A stretch of DNA of 64,000 nt, from positions 220,777-284,776 of IMG/VR virus record IMGVR_UViG_3300020084_000003, one strand, 5' to 3'. The position numbers and the translations under genes are program-made. The notes under the pieces were generated by a model, which worked only from the letters and a program-made list of their open reading frames with translations, had not been told where the DNA came from and did not search any database. Of this stretch, positions 34,020 through 42,609 are shown one piece after another (within the stretch, counting starts at the first letter, position 1; each line of letters begins with the position of its first letter).

Positions 34020-34072
34020 TCTCCTAAACGCATAAAGTTCCATTATATTTATAATTACTTGCGTTTAGGAGA
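34020..34072 (-). promoter_or_regulatory. RBS-sequestering hairpin enclosing a late promoter
   Basis: 13-bp TCTCCTAAACGCA/TGCGTTTAGGAGA stem with TATAAATA (34046-34053) in the loop. Confidence 0.8.
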
Positions 34073-34135
34073 TTAATTTTTCGTTACTTATTCAATAGAT
34101 AGACAAATTTATTTACCTATCTTTTTGTATAGGTT

Positions 34136-34489
34136 TTATCGAACCGATGTTGCTCTAGTTGCTGAAACTAGTGTCCATAGCATAGCTAGAACAGAACCGG
34201 CACCACCAATGATTAGCATGATTGTGCTGTTGTCAGCATAACCAAAAGCTAGAAGAATGGTTGAAAGAGCAGCTAGTGCCATTTTAATCCATTCATTTTG
34301 AGCTTCGCTCATGGTGTTGGTTGTGTATGCATCATATAGTTTCCAGAATGCTACGCCAAATGACATAGCGGCACCGATAACAAGTTGTGCTGTAGCAGCA
34401 GTTAGCCAACCTAGAGTTACTAGGAAACCAGCTATAGCGGTAAGCAAAACCTTAGCAAATGGTGCATACGGTCTTAAAGCTTCTTTCAT
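34136..34489 (-). CDS. putative holin (tandem two-TM repeat)
   Basis: Four hydrophobic helices in two similar halves. Confidence 0.5.
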   Translation of the reverse strand: MKEALRPYAPFAKVLLTAIAGFLVTLGWLTAATAQLVIGAAMSFGVAFWKLYDAYTTNTMSEAQNEWIKMALAALSTILLAFGYADNSTIMLIIGGAGSVLAMLWTLVSATRATSVR

Positions 34490-34503
34490 TTATATATCCT
34501 CAT

Positions 34504-35043
34504 TTAATATCTGTTTAATGTTCTACCTTTAAAATATCCATCTGGTATCTCATCACATTCTTTAATTTTAATGTTATCTACACCATTGGTATACCAAGAA
34601 GAACCATATTGTGAATTTTTAGTTCCCTTATAAGAAGGGTGTTTTAGATTTTCTTTTTTAGCTTCATTAAGAGAAGCATTTTCTTTTCTTCTATCGACAT
34701 AATCAGACCACTTTTTTGATCTTAGCAATCCTAATTTTTTACTTTCAGGTGTAGCCTTTTTGATGTTTTCAACAGATGCCTTTATCATCATCTCAGATGT
34801 TTTTCTTTCTGCGATATTTTCTTCCATAGATATAAATCTACAATTACCATAGATATAATCTCCGGTATCATTATATCTAGCTAAATGATATCCATCGTTA
34901 GACCAATGCGAAGATTTAATCCCCGCATCTTCCAAAAGTTTTATAATATCATCAAAAGAAAGTTCAAATCTTATATTTTCTTTTGATGCATTTACTTTTT
35001 TGTTTTTAAACTTTTGTTTTAGTTTTCTATCGTCATCTATCAT
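34504..35043 (-). CDS. HNH-like homing endonuclease (start re-called at MIDDDRK)
   Basis: YHLARYNDTGDYIYGNCRFISMEENI; C-terminal WYTNG..IPDGYFKGR module; starts 17 nt after tRNA-Ser. Confidence 0.65.
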   Translation of the reverse strand: MIDDDRKLKQKFKNKKVNASKENIRFELSFDDIIKLLEDAGIKSSHWSNDGYHLARYNDTGDYIYGNCRFISMEENIAERKTSEMMIKASVENIKKATPESKKLGLLRSKKWSDYVDRRKENASLNEAKKENLKHPSYKGTKNSQYGSSWYTNGVDNIKIKECDEIPDGYFKGRTLNRY

Positions 35044-35059
35044 GCCAATTTCCGAATAA

Positions 35060-35149
35060 TGGCGGATGGTGTGAGATTCGAACTCACGGGACGCTTTTAC
35101 ACGTCCATAGATTAGCAATCTACTGCAATAACCGCTCTGCCAACCATCC
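35060..35149 (-). tRNA. tRNA-Ser(GCT)
   Basis: Class II cloverleaf, GTAGA-TTGCTAA-TCTAT, G73, CCA. Confidence 0.95.
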
Positions 35150-35155
35150 AATTCT

Positions 35156-35467
35156 TTAATACTTATATGCTTTCATAATAACAGGTTCTTCATAGCTAAA
35201 GTTGATAAATTTAACAATGTTATCTCTTTCATCATCTTCAATCTTAACCTCGGCAGCAACCAAATGTCTAATGACAAGATCATAGTCAATATGACCTCCC
35301 ACACTAAAAGCATTAATTACTACATTTTCAAGCATGTCTTCAAACTTTATTTTCGAATTGACTACACAACATTTACCTACACCCTTTAAAGTATACAAAA
35401 TAATAGTATTACCTCTATCAATATACATGTAAATGTCTCCTATCAATTCATTCTTGCAATGTAACAC
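35156..35467 (-). CDS. hypothetical protein
   Basis: Minus-strand ORF; start may be the downstream ATG after AGGAGA. Confidence 0.5.
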   Translation of the reverse strand: MLHCKNELIGDIYMYIDRGNTIILYTLKGVGKCCVVNSKIKFEDMLENVVINAFSVGGHIDYDLVIRHLVAAEVKIEDDERDNIVKFINFSYEEPVIMKAYKY

Positions 35468-35482
35468 AATTCTTTTACTATG

Positions 35483-35773
35483 TCAAGCAAAAATTAGTGT
35501 ATAAACCTCAGAATCTTCAACTTCTGCATCAGCGGCTAGGGCTTTTAGTTCTGACCCGGTTCTGGTAAAATGGAAAGTAAAATACTTACCTGCGATACCT
35601 TTGACGGCCAAATCCATTTCTTCTGTTCTGTCTTCAACATCGTCACCATTTTCAAAAATGGCAAATCCTATTAGTGCCTCATCTCTACCTGCTAGATTAT
35701 TGGCAAGTTGCACAACCCATTCTTCGGTATTTTTTAATTTGCCTACTAACATTTTATTCCTTTTTACTTTCAA
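35483..35773 (-). CDS. hypothetical protein
   Basis: Operon packing. Confidence 0.55.
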   Translation of the reverse strand: MKVKRNKMLVGKLKNTEEWVVQLANNLAGRDEALIGFAIFENGDDVEDRTEEMDLAVKGIAGKYFTFHFTRTGSELKALAADAEVEDSEVYTLIFA

Positions 35774-35960
35774 TATGTTCTATTCTATCTTCCAAAATAT
35801 AAAGATATTTAATCATAACCAACTCTTGCTCTCGCAACAAATCTCTACTAATTTCATCCAGATTAGCGAACGTTTCAGTATCAAAAAAGTCTTTCAGCTT
35901 TTCTATTTTGTCTTTAAGATCGTTTTTCTCGGCTATAAGCCTTGTCATAAAATTTGGCAT
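35754..35960 (-). CDS. small coiled-coil phage protein (crAss001_48-like)
   Basis: RLIAEKNDLKDKIEKL..LLREQ..M..Y..ILEDRI. Confidence 0.6.
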   Translation of the reverse strand: MPNFMTRLIAEKNDLKDKIEKLKDFFDTETFANLDEISRDLLREQELVMIKYLYILEDRIEHIESKKE

Positions 35961-35962
35961 TT

Positions 35963-36316
35963 TTAAACCTTATATGATATGTAAATTTCAGCTACTATTT
36001 CTTCATTTGCATCTGGGTCATAATCACTTCTAGTAGAAACAGTGTATCCAAGAATTTCGAAAAATTTCTTTATGATACTTATTCTTTTTTCTTCTACCAT
36101 ACCATAACTAAGCTTATCAAAGTCAGATACTTCTGATTTCTCTTCTAGAGAAATAGACTCTTCGAGTGAAAATGCCCAAGGCATCCTATAAAAAGTTGGT
36201 ATAATTGTCTCAACCCTTTCATACAAAAAGTCTATCATTTTTTTGGTTTCTTCGTCGGCGCGATTGTAAATGACCATCGCACTTTCTTTTCTCATCTCAT
36301 CCGCTGTCTTAAACAT
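35963..36316 (-). CDS. hypothetical protein
   Basis: Operon packing. Confidence 0.55.
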   Translation of the reverse strand: MFKTADEMRKESAMVIYNRADEETKKMIDFLYERVETIIPTFYRMPWAFSLEESISLEEKSEVSDFDKLSYGMVEEKRISIIKKFFEILGYTVSTRSDYDPDANEEIVAEIYISYKV

Positions 36317-36325
36317 ATGTAATCC

Positions 36326-36655
36326 TTATTCAATCACTTTTTGTTCTTCTCGGTCCCAAACACAGTAGTCTTTATAAAATCTGCCTCCATAGATCATAAA
36401 ACCTTCATTGGACTTATAAAGCACTTCTCTAGAACCTTCCAACCAATCGTTAATCTTAAAATTAAAATCGTAAACATCTGCTTTAAAATCTATAACATTG
36501 TTTCCATCTTCATCTAAACTTTTTGCGACAGGAGTTTTAACAATGCTCATGCACATCATGCCCATATCGGTTTCATAGAATTTATCGCCAACACGCATTT
36601 CAGAAAGGTCTTTGAAGCTCATGCTCTCATCAACCATAACCAAATATCTACCCAT
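36326..36655 (-). CDS. hypothetical protein
   Basis: Operon packing. Confidence 0.55.
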   Translation of the reverse strand: MGRYLVMVDESMSFKDLSEMRVGDKFYETDMGMMCMSIVKTPVAKSLDEDGNNVIDFKADVYDFNFKINDWLEGSREVLYKSNEGFMIYGGRFYKDYCVWDREEQKVIE

Positions 36656-36672
36656 AATATAAACCTTTTTAT

Positions 36673-36746
36673 TGGAGTCCTGTAAGGGAGTCGAACCCCT
36701 CTATCGTGAGTTGCAGTCACGCGCCTAACCGCTCGGCCAACAGGAC
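36673..36746 (-). tRNA. tRNA-Cys(GCA)
   Basis: CGTGA-CTGCAAC-TCACG, U73, CCA. Confidence 0.92.
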
Positions 36747-36747
36747 A

Positions 36748-37167
36748 TTATTTCGTCAATAGAGATACTATCTTCATTTCTCTGTTTATAATGGAATATA
36801 TAATTCCGCTTTCTTGCATCTTTCTCCAAAACTTATCAACAGATACTTCATCAAGATATACAAAATCAAATGTATTCCGACGACCTCTGAACCTATCAAA
36901 ATTGGCCTCTATAGAATAAGCTCTTCCGTCGAAATTATAATGCGCCATCTTTTCATTGGCAACGAATACTGTGGCGTTTCTTTCTTCCATGAAAGTTCTA
37001 ATATATTCTGTCTTACCACAAAATCTTGGTAAGGAAATTTCTAAAGTATTAAATTCTTTTATATGGCTCAAGACCTCAAAATTATTTTTATGTTGATTTA
37101 GTGCTTCTTTTGAATGATTAAGAAATGCTCTCTCCATATAGAAGATTTCATTTGTCATTTTTACCAT
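36748..37167 (-). CDS. small P-loop-like protein
   Basis: PRFCGKT and FVYLDE resemble Walker A/B. Confidence 0.45.
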   Translation of the reverse strand: MVKMTNEIFYMERAFLNHSKEALNQHKNNFEVLSHIKEFNTLEISLPRFCGKTEYIRTFMEERNATVFVANEKMAHYNFDGRAYSIEANFDRFRGRRNTFDFVYLDEVSVDKFWRKMQESGIIYSIINREMKIVSLLTK

Positions 37168-37436
37168 TGCAGCCCTACATTAACATCATCTGAATGTTTA
37201 AAACCTGCACGAATAGTATCTTTGTAATATAGATTATTGTAGATAAAGGGAAACACAATCCAAGATAGACCGCCAGTTAACGATGCCAAAATGAATTGAA
37301 TTAGCGCCCATTTATAATCACCACGAATAAGTGCAGGGAAGCACCCAAAAAACAGTGTAGTCCAAGAAAATCCAATTGGCACATCTCGCCTCTCATCCGT
37401 TCTGGGATGCGTCATATACTCAATTTTGTGTGCCAT
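37161..37436 (-). CDS. membrane protein (HrgC/DUF2628-like)
   Basis: VPIGFSWTTLFFGCFPALIRGD..YN..Y. Confidence 0.65.
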   Translation of the reverse strand: MAHKIEYMTHPRTDERRDVPIGFSWTTLFFGCFPALIRGDYKWALIQFILASLTGGLSWIVFPFIYNNLYYKDTIRAGFKHSDDVNVGLQW

Positions 37437-37472
37437 AACATTTCTCCATAATCTAATAACAACTACACTCTA

Positions 37473-37691
37473 TCACATTGTAGTTGACATGTCAAGATAA
37501 TAATCTATCTCAACATCTCTTGGCATTATATACATTTTAATATTTTCATAAACATAATAGTAATTCCAAAACACTATGGTCTTGTCATACATTTTGGTTG
37601 GTAGATATGCAAATTTTCTTTTTACATTTCGACAAAATTCTTCTCTTCTGAATATTTTATCTTTATTCTTCTTGCAGTTTTTGCTCGACAT
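37473..37691 (-). CDS. hypothetical protein
   Basis: Overlaps the upstream ORF stop. Confidence 0.45.
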   Translation of the reverse strand: MSSKNCKKNKDKIFRREEFCRNVKRKFAYLPTKMYDKTIVFWNYYYVYENIKMYIMPRDVEIDYYLDMSTTM

Positions 37692-37971
37692 TTGTATAAT
37701 TCCTGATCCATTTAGAATACTTCTTGTGCATAACTTGCTCCAAGACTTCCATATTTATATCAGGATCGTGCATTGCTATGATATCTAACATGCACAAAAT
37801 AACGTCAACTGCTTCACCTACAACACCATCGTCGCCTTCACCAAAACCTTCTTCAAGGTTGAAGATTTCTTCGTCCAGTTCATCCATTTCAAAATTAGCA
37901 TGTTGGAAAATGTCTTTAATTTTACGTTTGTTCTCAACTTGCCGACACAGGGCAATCCAATCAGTGTTCAT
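37663..37971 (-). CDS. MazG-like pyrophosphatase
   Basis: E..E..GEAVDVILCMLD. Confidence 0.55.
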   Translation of the reverse strand: MNTDWIALCRQVENKRKIKDIFQHANFEMDELDEEIFNLEEGFGEGDDGVVGEAVDVILCMLDIIAMHDPDINMEVLEQVMHKKYSKWIRNYTNVEQKLQEE

Positions 37972-37990
37972 AATATACCTCTAAAATTAA

Positions 37991-38064
37991 TGGCAGGGGC
38001 GGCAGGAATCAAACCCGCGCTAAATGGTTTGGAATCACTTGTGCTATCATTACACCACACCCCC
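37991..38064 (-). tRNA. tRNA-Trp(CCA)
   Basis: AGTGA-TTCCAAA-CCATT, G73, CCA; T loop TTTGATT. Confidence 0.85.
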
Positions 38065-38070
38065 AAATTT

Positions 38071-38310
38071 TTACTGTAAACTGCGTATTGCCTTAGCTAC
38101 ATCTGCCGGTGTAACTCTTATGACATACGCATCATGGTTTTCACCATATAATGCGCTGTATGCTTCACCGCAACATTCACATGTCATTTCATGTTCGCTA
38201 CCAATTTTTTCATTTTCAAAAACTTTTTTATAGCCATGAATTTTAGTATGAGTCTTACCCACAACATATTTATACTTAACACCGTCTACTGTAATATTTC
38301 TATATCCCAC
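38071..38310 (-). CDS. hypothetical protein with CECC motif
   Basis: RBS AGGAGA (GTG start). Confidence 0.55.
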   Translation of the reverse strand: MGYRNITVDGVKYKYVVGKTHTKIHGYKKVFENEKIGSEHEMTCECCGEAYSALYGENHDAYVIRVTPADVAKAIRSLQ

Positions 38311-38353
38311 AACAATCTCCTATATCTAGGGTTAACGGCCAAAATGGCCTAAA

Positions 38354-38440
38354 ATTATACCTTGGCAGGATTCGAACCTGCGCTAGACCCACCCTTTCGG
38401 GACTCGATACCAACTTCTCATTACGGCAACAAGGTATAAT
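38354..38440 (-). ncRNA. anticodon-less tRNA-like RNA
   Basis: 11-bp terminal stem, GCAGG-TTCGAAT-CCTGC T arm, CCC-GAAA-GGG instead of an anticodon arm, no CCA; own promoter at 38444-38472. Confidence 0.6.
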
Positions 38441-38482
38441 GCCTTATAACACTCGAATCTATGTGTGTCAAGTGTAAAATAA

Positions 38483-38557
38483 TGGTAGAGGATACAGGAA
38501 TCGAACCTGTTCTTCGAAGGGTGTAAACCTCCTGCCTTCCCATCTGGCTCATCCTCC
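38483..38557 (-). tRNA. tRNA-Val(TAC)
   Basis: GGAGG-TTTACAC-CCTTC, CCA. Confidence 0.9.
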
Positions 38558-38561
38558 AAAC

Positions 38562-39020
38562 TTAACTTTCGTAAGCACTTATGCGTCTTATGACGCCATC
38601 TCTGATTCTTACTCTGGTTATAGTTTCGTAATAAATATGGCATTTATGTCTCAAAACAATTGACATGTTTGCCAAATCTTCTTTAGATGCTCTGACATAC
38701 CACGGCCCAACCCCGTCATATCTTCCAGCAAATCTAACTTGCTCATAGCCCATGAATCTTGCGTCCATCAAGGCAAACTGAGAATATTCTTCTTCGTTTA
38801 CATCATAGAGATAAAATCTTGTGGTTCTCAGCGCACAGCTATCTCTTTCCTTATTAAAGTTAAGGAATATATTAGTTGTATTTGGATCGCCGTCACCATC
38901 TTCTTCCAATGTAACTGATATATCGGTTAAAACCGGAAAGTATTGACCTTCTAATCTACCCGGAACTTGGGCAAATGCGAATAATAAAACCCATAAAATC
39001 AATATATACCTGAAATCCAT
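38562..39020 (-). CDS. single-TM periplasmic protein (paralogue of 33577)
   Basis: W..L....PG.LE...FP..T; F.KER.SC; GPW; H.CH shared with 33577. Confidence 0.6.
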   Translation of the reverse strand: MDFRYILILWVLLFAFAQVPGRLEGQYFPVLTDISVTLEEDGDGDPNTTNIFLNFNKERDSCALRTTRFYLYDVNEEEYSQFALMDARFMGYEQVRFAGRYDGVGPWYVRASKEDLANMSIVLRHKCHIYYETITRVRIRDGVIRRISAYES

Positions 39021-39098
39021 TTTATTAGCCTCTTATTATGTTGTCTCTATATTTATCTTCATAAGATATACAAAAGTTAATAAGAAGCCGATATCCGC

Positions 39099-39656
39099 TC
39101 ATAATAAATCCAAGAAACGATCTACATCCACCGTTTTGTCTTTATAATTAAACCAATCTGGTTTTTCTCTTTTGGTCCATCGCATTTTAAACCGGTCTTG
39201 CTTTGTCTGATAAAATCTTCTATAAGTCTCAACCATGTCGTCTGCAACAATCTCATCTGGTTCAAGATGCATACCTAGCTTAAATGGCGTCAATCCAATG
39301 TCTGGAATATTAGCTGGCCTGTTTTTAAGTGCATCTCTCAGCTTTGTGTCAGTAAGATGTTTTTTACCATAACGATACGTATATTCATCACAAAGAGCAA
39401 CGAAATGATTGTAGTGCCAATCATAGTTGTCGCCACTTTCCATCGTCCATTTTGCAGAAGGATGGTTGGCATGTGTCGCACGATATAGGACAGGATGCAA
39501 GGGATGAAACTCATCAATATTATCTACTATTCTATGCGTCACAGAAAGAAGCTGCCCGCTCTCTACAACCATTTTCGTTATATGCTTATCACATTGAAAT
39601 TGTGCAGCTTTTACAGGATCGTTGTCTAAGAAAAATAAGTTAATTTTATCCTCCAT
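39099..39656 (-). CDS. pyrimidine-dimer DNA glycosylase-like protein
   Basis: NLFFLDNDP..AA...CDKH..KM..E..QLLS; H.NHPSAKW. Confidence 0.55.
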   Translation of the reverse strand: MEDKINLFFLDNDPVKAAQFQCDKHITKMVVESGQLLSVTHRIVDNIDEFHPLHPVLYRATHANHPSAKWTMESGDNYDWHYNHFVALCDEYTYRYGKKHLTDTKLRDALKNRPANIPDIGLTPFKLGMHLEPDEIVADDMVETYRRFYQTKQDRFKMRWTKREKPDWFNYKDKTVDVDRFLDLL

Positions 39657-39707
39657 GAATATCTTTCGATGTATAAATAATATTGATTAATCATACATGA
39701 GGTTGAC

Positions 39708-40325
39708 ATGAGCAATATACATTCAGAACGTTACAAAAAATTAATAAATTATTATAAAAATACTATAGTTGAAGGATATGTTGAAAAGCATCATATAATG
39801 CCTAAATGCTTAGGCGGTTCTAATGACATATCGAACTTGGTGGCATTGCCGCCACGCGCACACTATATAGCACATTATTTACTATGGAAAATGTATCCTG
39901 AAAATAAGAAGATAGCACAAGCGTTTGGTATGATGGCAGTAAACAATCCGTATCAACATAGAGTTATAAATTCTAGATTTTATGAATTGGGTAAAATTGC
40001 CAGATCAAAAGCACTTAAAGGTGAAAAGTTCAGCGAGGAAAGAAAGCAAAAGATGCGTGTTCCTAAAAAATCTACCGATGCATACAAAAAAATGAAAAAT
40101 GGTGCAGGAAATAAAGGCAAAAAATATAGACCACGAGAAAAAGAACATATAGATAATCTTAGATCAGCAGCGTCATGGTATTACGAAAAAAGAAAGAATG
40201 ATACTAAAGAAAAAATGAAGATATATAGAGAAGAATTTATAAACTCTGGGATGACTAGGAAAGAATTTGCTGAATTAAAAGATGTAAACTACGTAACTAT
40301 GAAAAGATATCTGAAAGGTTTGTAG
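39708..40325 (+). CDS. HNH homing endonuclease (Mob-like)
   Basis: EKHHIMPKCLGGSNDISNLVALPPRAHYIAH; late promoter at 39672-39679. Confidence 0.85.
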   Translation: MSNIHSERYKKLINYYKNTIVEGYVEKHHIMPKCLGGSNDISNLVALPPRAHYIAHYLLWKMYPENKKIAQAFGMMAVNNPYQHRVINSRFYELGKIARSKALKGEKFSEERKQKMRVPKKSTDAYKKMKNGAGNKGKKYRPREKEHIDNLRSAASWYYEKRKNDTKEKMKIYREEFINSGMTRKEFAELKDVNYVTMKRYLKGL

Positions 40326-40327
40326 TT

Positions 40328-40402
40328 TGGTAGCCCCTAGTGGAATCGAACCACTTCTTGCCGCCATGCCAAGGCGGTGCCGTCCCATCTGGCTCAGGGG
40401 CC
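40328..40402 (-). tRNA. tRNA-Ala(GGC)
   Basis: CCGCC-TTGGCAT-GGCGG, CCA; note C3:G70 rather than G3:U70. Confidence 0.8.
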
Positions 40403-40528
40403 ATCATACCAAGGCATCACTCTTGGATGACGACAATAGGGAATTCGTATTTGCACATAAAGTTTAAACCGGCCTCACTAGATGCATGGACCTTCAATAT
40501 GTGATTTATCAAATGCGACCTATTGTCT

Positions 40529-40729
40529 CTATTCTTTATACGGCAAAATATCCTGAATATAATCATCATAGAAATAATGAGGTTCATCTTTCCACGATGC
40601 CAAGGTAACTTCTGCTATCTTTTCCTTTATATCAGAGATTTGTTCCTCTGTCAAGTCGGAAACGCTGTATCCGGCACGGTTCATAACCATGTATAAAAAG
40701 CTATCGGGAATTTCAATTTCAACTTTCAT
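40529..40729 (-). CDS. hypothetical protein
   Basis: Operon packing. Confidence 0.5.
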   Translation of the reverse strand: MKVEIEIPDSFLYMVMNRAGYSVSDLTEEQISDIKEKIAEVTLASWKDEPHYFYDDYIQDILPYKE

Positions 40730-40730
40730 A

Positions 40731-41009
40731 CTATGACACTTTTAAAGAAAAATCTGGCTCTTCACCTTTAGGTGTATTTCTCAAAACTTGAGAACGGTGT
40801 TGAAATTCTAGATGTGCATGATTTCCAGCCAATATCATTGGCTCCACACGATTGCAATCCTCATGCGCCAGACCACGCATTACTCGGCAAAATTCATTGC
40901 GCGATACGCTATTTCTAACATTTCGCAAGGTTTCCAATGCTTCCCTTGCAGCTACAATATAATCAATATCGTCAGACATATCATACTCGTCATTCCAATC
41001 AATGTTCAT
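40731..41009 (-). CDS. hypothetical protein (start re-called at MNIDWND)
   Basis: Longer ORF overlaps tRNA-His; AGGA RBS precedes 41009. Confidence 0.55.
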   Translation of the reverse strand: MNIDWNDEYDMSDDIDYIVAAREALETLRNVRNSVSRNEFCRVMRGLAHEDCNRVEPMILAGNHAHLEFQHRSQVLRNTPKGEEPDFSLKVS

Positions 41010-41047
41010 AATAAAATCCTTTGACAAATCAAAATAAAAATTATATT

Positions 41048-41123
41048 TGGTCCCTGCGGGTTGAATCGAACAACCCCTACGTGGTCCACAGCCACGTGTG
41101 CTAACCGCTATCACTACACAGGG
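41048..41123 (-). tRNA. tRNA-His(GTG), A73 and no G-1
   Basis: CGTGG-CTGTGGA-CCACG; acceptor CCCTGTG/CGCAGGG-A-CCA, preceded by T. Confidence 0.9.
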
Positions 41124-41129
41124 AAAACT

Positions 41130-41423
41130 TTATTCTTTTACAAAATGATAATGCATTCTTGAATAATCTCTGATAGAAACGTGCCAAAACTCATAGGAAA
41201 GATCATCGTCAAGTTTAGTATTGCCCCAAACACTCAATCCATTTTCATTCAATTCATAAAAATTTGACTTATACTTAACATGCTCTCCAATCGGGAATTT
41301 AAATTTTCTATAGTGTTCGTTTCCGCTAATCATATAATATACAGTCATACAAAAATATTCAATTTTTTCTTCCGGTTCAATTTCTATAATATTTGCGTAA
41401 TCATCAAATTCAACTGCACTCAT
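41130..41423 (-). CDS. hypothetical protein
   Basis: RBS GGGGA. Confidence 0.5.
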   Translation of the reverse strand: MSAVEFDDYANIIEIEPEEKIEYFCMTVYYMISGNEHYRKFKFPIGEHVKYKSNFYELNENGLSVWGNTKLDDDLSYEFWHVSIRDYSRMHYHFVKE

Positions 41424-41442
41424 GATTTAATATCCCCACTAC

Positions 41443-41679
41443 CTAGTCTTCATCCTCAATTCCAAGCTCATCTTTCAAATCTTCAATGCTTGCATCTGTA
41501 AGAGGAACCCAACCAATAATCTTACCGGTTTCATTATCAATATCCAATTCGATATAGTCATCTCCACCAATAGATTTTATTGAAGGCATATAACCATGAT
41601 GGTCTATAACAGGAACGCCATCTTTTGTGACATTGAACCATGCCATGTCAGAACATTTTCCACCGACTGTAATTTTCAT
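41443..41679 (-). CDS. hypothetical protein
   Basis: RBS GAGG; GYMP..GGDDYIEL.ID..TGKI.GW. Confidence 0.6.
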   Translation of the reverse strand: MKITVGGKCSDMAWFNVTKDGVPVIDHHGYMPSIKSIGGDDYIELDIDNETGKIIGWVPLTDASIEDLKDELGIEDED

Positions 41680-41697
41680 TATATATACCTCGTCAAA

Positions 41698-42111
41698 TTA
41701 TAAATGCTTTCTGAGTGTTTTGATATTTTCAGCAACCCATTTCTTAGCTTCTCTAGAACGCTTTTTCATTTCACTTTCGATTTGCTCGACTGTAAGGTGA
41801 TCGAATAGACCTTTATATCCTCTTTGCAACATCTCTGCTTCCATACGGCGATATGATCTTTCATCTTCTCCATACAATTCTACAGCGGCAGCAACTTCAA
41901 CTTCATGGCCCATATATTCCATCTCTCGACGTTTATTTTTGCTAGATAAAACTTTCACAAGATTTACCGGATTTGTTTTATGACGGGATTCCCAAATCTC
42001 TTGGGCAGCAATTGCCGCAGGAAACTCAAGCTCTTTATTGAGAACAACTAGAAACGGCCAATTTGTAGCATTTTTACCAGTCAATCTTTTCGTAATTACT
42101 ATTGGAAACAT
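41698..42111 (-). CDS. hypothetical protein
   Basis: Operon packing. Confidence 0.55.
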   Translation of the reverse strand: MFPIVITKRLTGKNATNWPFLVVLNKELEFPAAIAAQEIWESRHKTNPVNLVKVLSSKNKRREMEYMGHEVEVAAAVELYGEDERSYRRMEAEMLQRGYKGLFDHLTVEQIESEMKKRSREAKKWVAENIKTLRKHL

Positions 42112-42112
42112 G

Positions 42113-42394
42113 TTAAATTCCTTTCATGAATAATTTATCTTGTAATTCGTAGGCTTCTTCGCATCCACAAACAGAACCATCTGCTAACACTCCGGTTCCA
42201 CCATTACAACAATTATTTCCGCATATGGCGCATCTTATATGTGCGCCACACAATTCACAAAGCTCAACTGTCGGCCTAGTTTCCATATCTTCTATCAATG
42301 ATTTTAGAAGATCATCGTCCATAATTCCGTTATGCTTTCCAAGTAAAGATTTACCTTTGACAGCTTTTAATCCTTTAATTCCTTTATGACTCAT
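42113..42394 (-). CDS. Cys-rich (possible Zn-binding) hypothetical protein
   Basis: CELC..C.IC.NNCC..C.C. Confidence 0.55.
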   Translation of the reverse strand: MSHKGIKGLKAVKGKSLLGKHNGIMDDDLLKSLIEDMETRPTVELCELCGAHIRCAICGNNCCNGGTGVLADGSVCGCEEAYELQDKLFMKGI

Positions 42395-42512
42395 TTAAGT
42401 CTCAGTGATTTACAATAGAAAATGCCGTCTACTATTCGGTCATAGTAAATCCAGCGATCATCTTCACTAGTTTTAATTAACTCGACTTTCATTTTGAAAC
42501 CTTTCTATTTAA

Positions 42513-42604
42513 TGGCGGATGGTGTGGGATTCGAACCCACGGGGCGCTTTGACACGCCCACGGCATTTCCAGTGCCGCGCCTTAGACCACTCGGCCAACC
42601 ATCC
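42513..42604 (-). tRNA. tRNA-Ser(GGA)
   Basis: Class II, CGGCA-CTGGAAA-TGCCG, G73, CCA. Confidence 0.95.
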
Positions 42605-42609
42605 GTATT

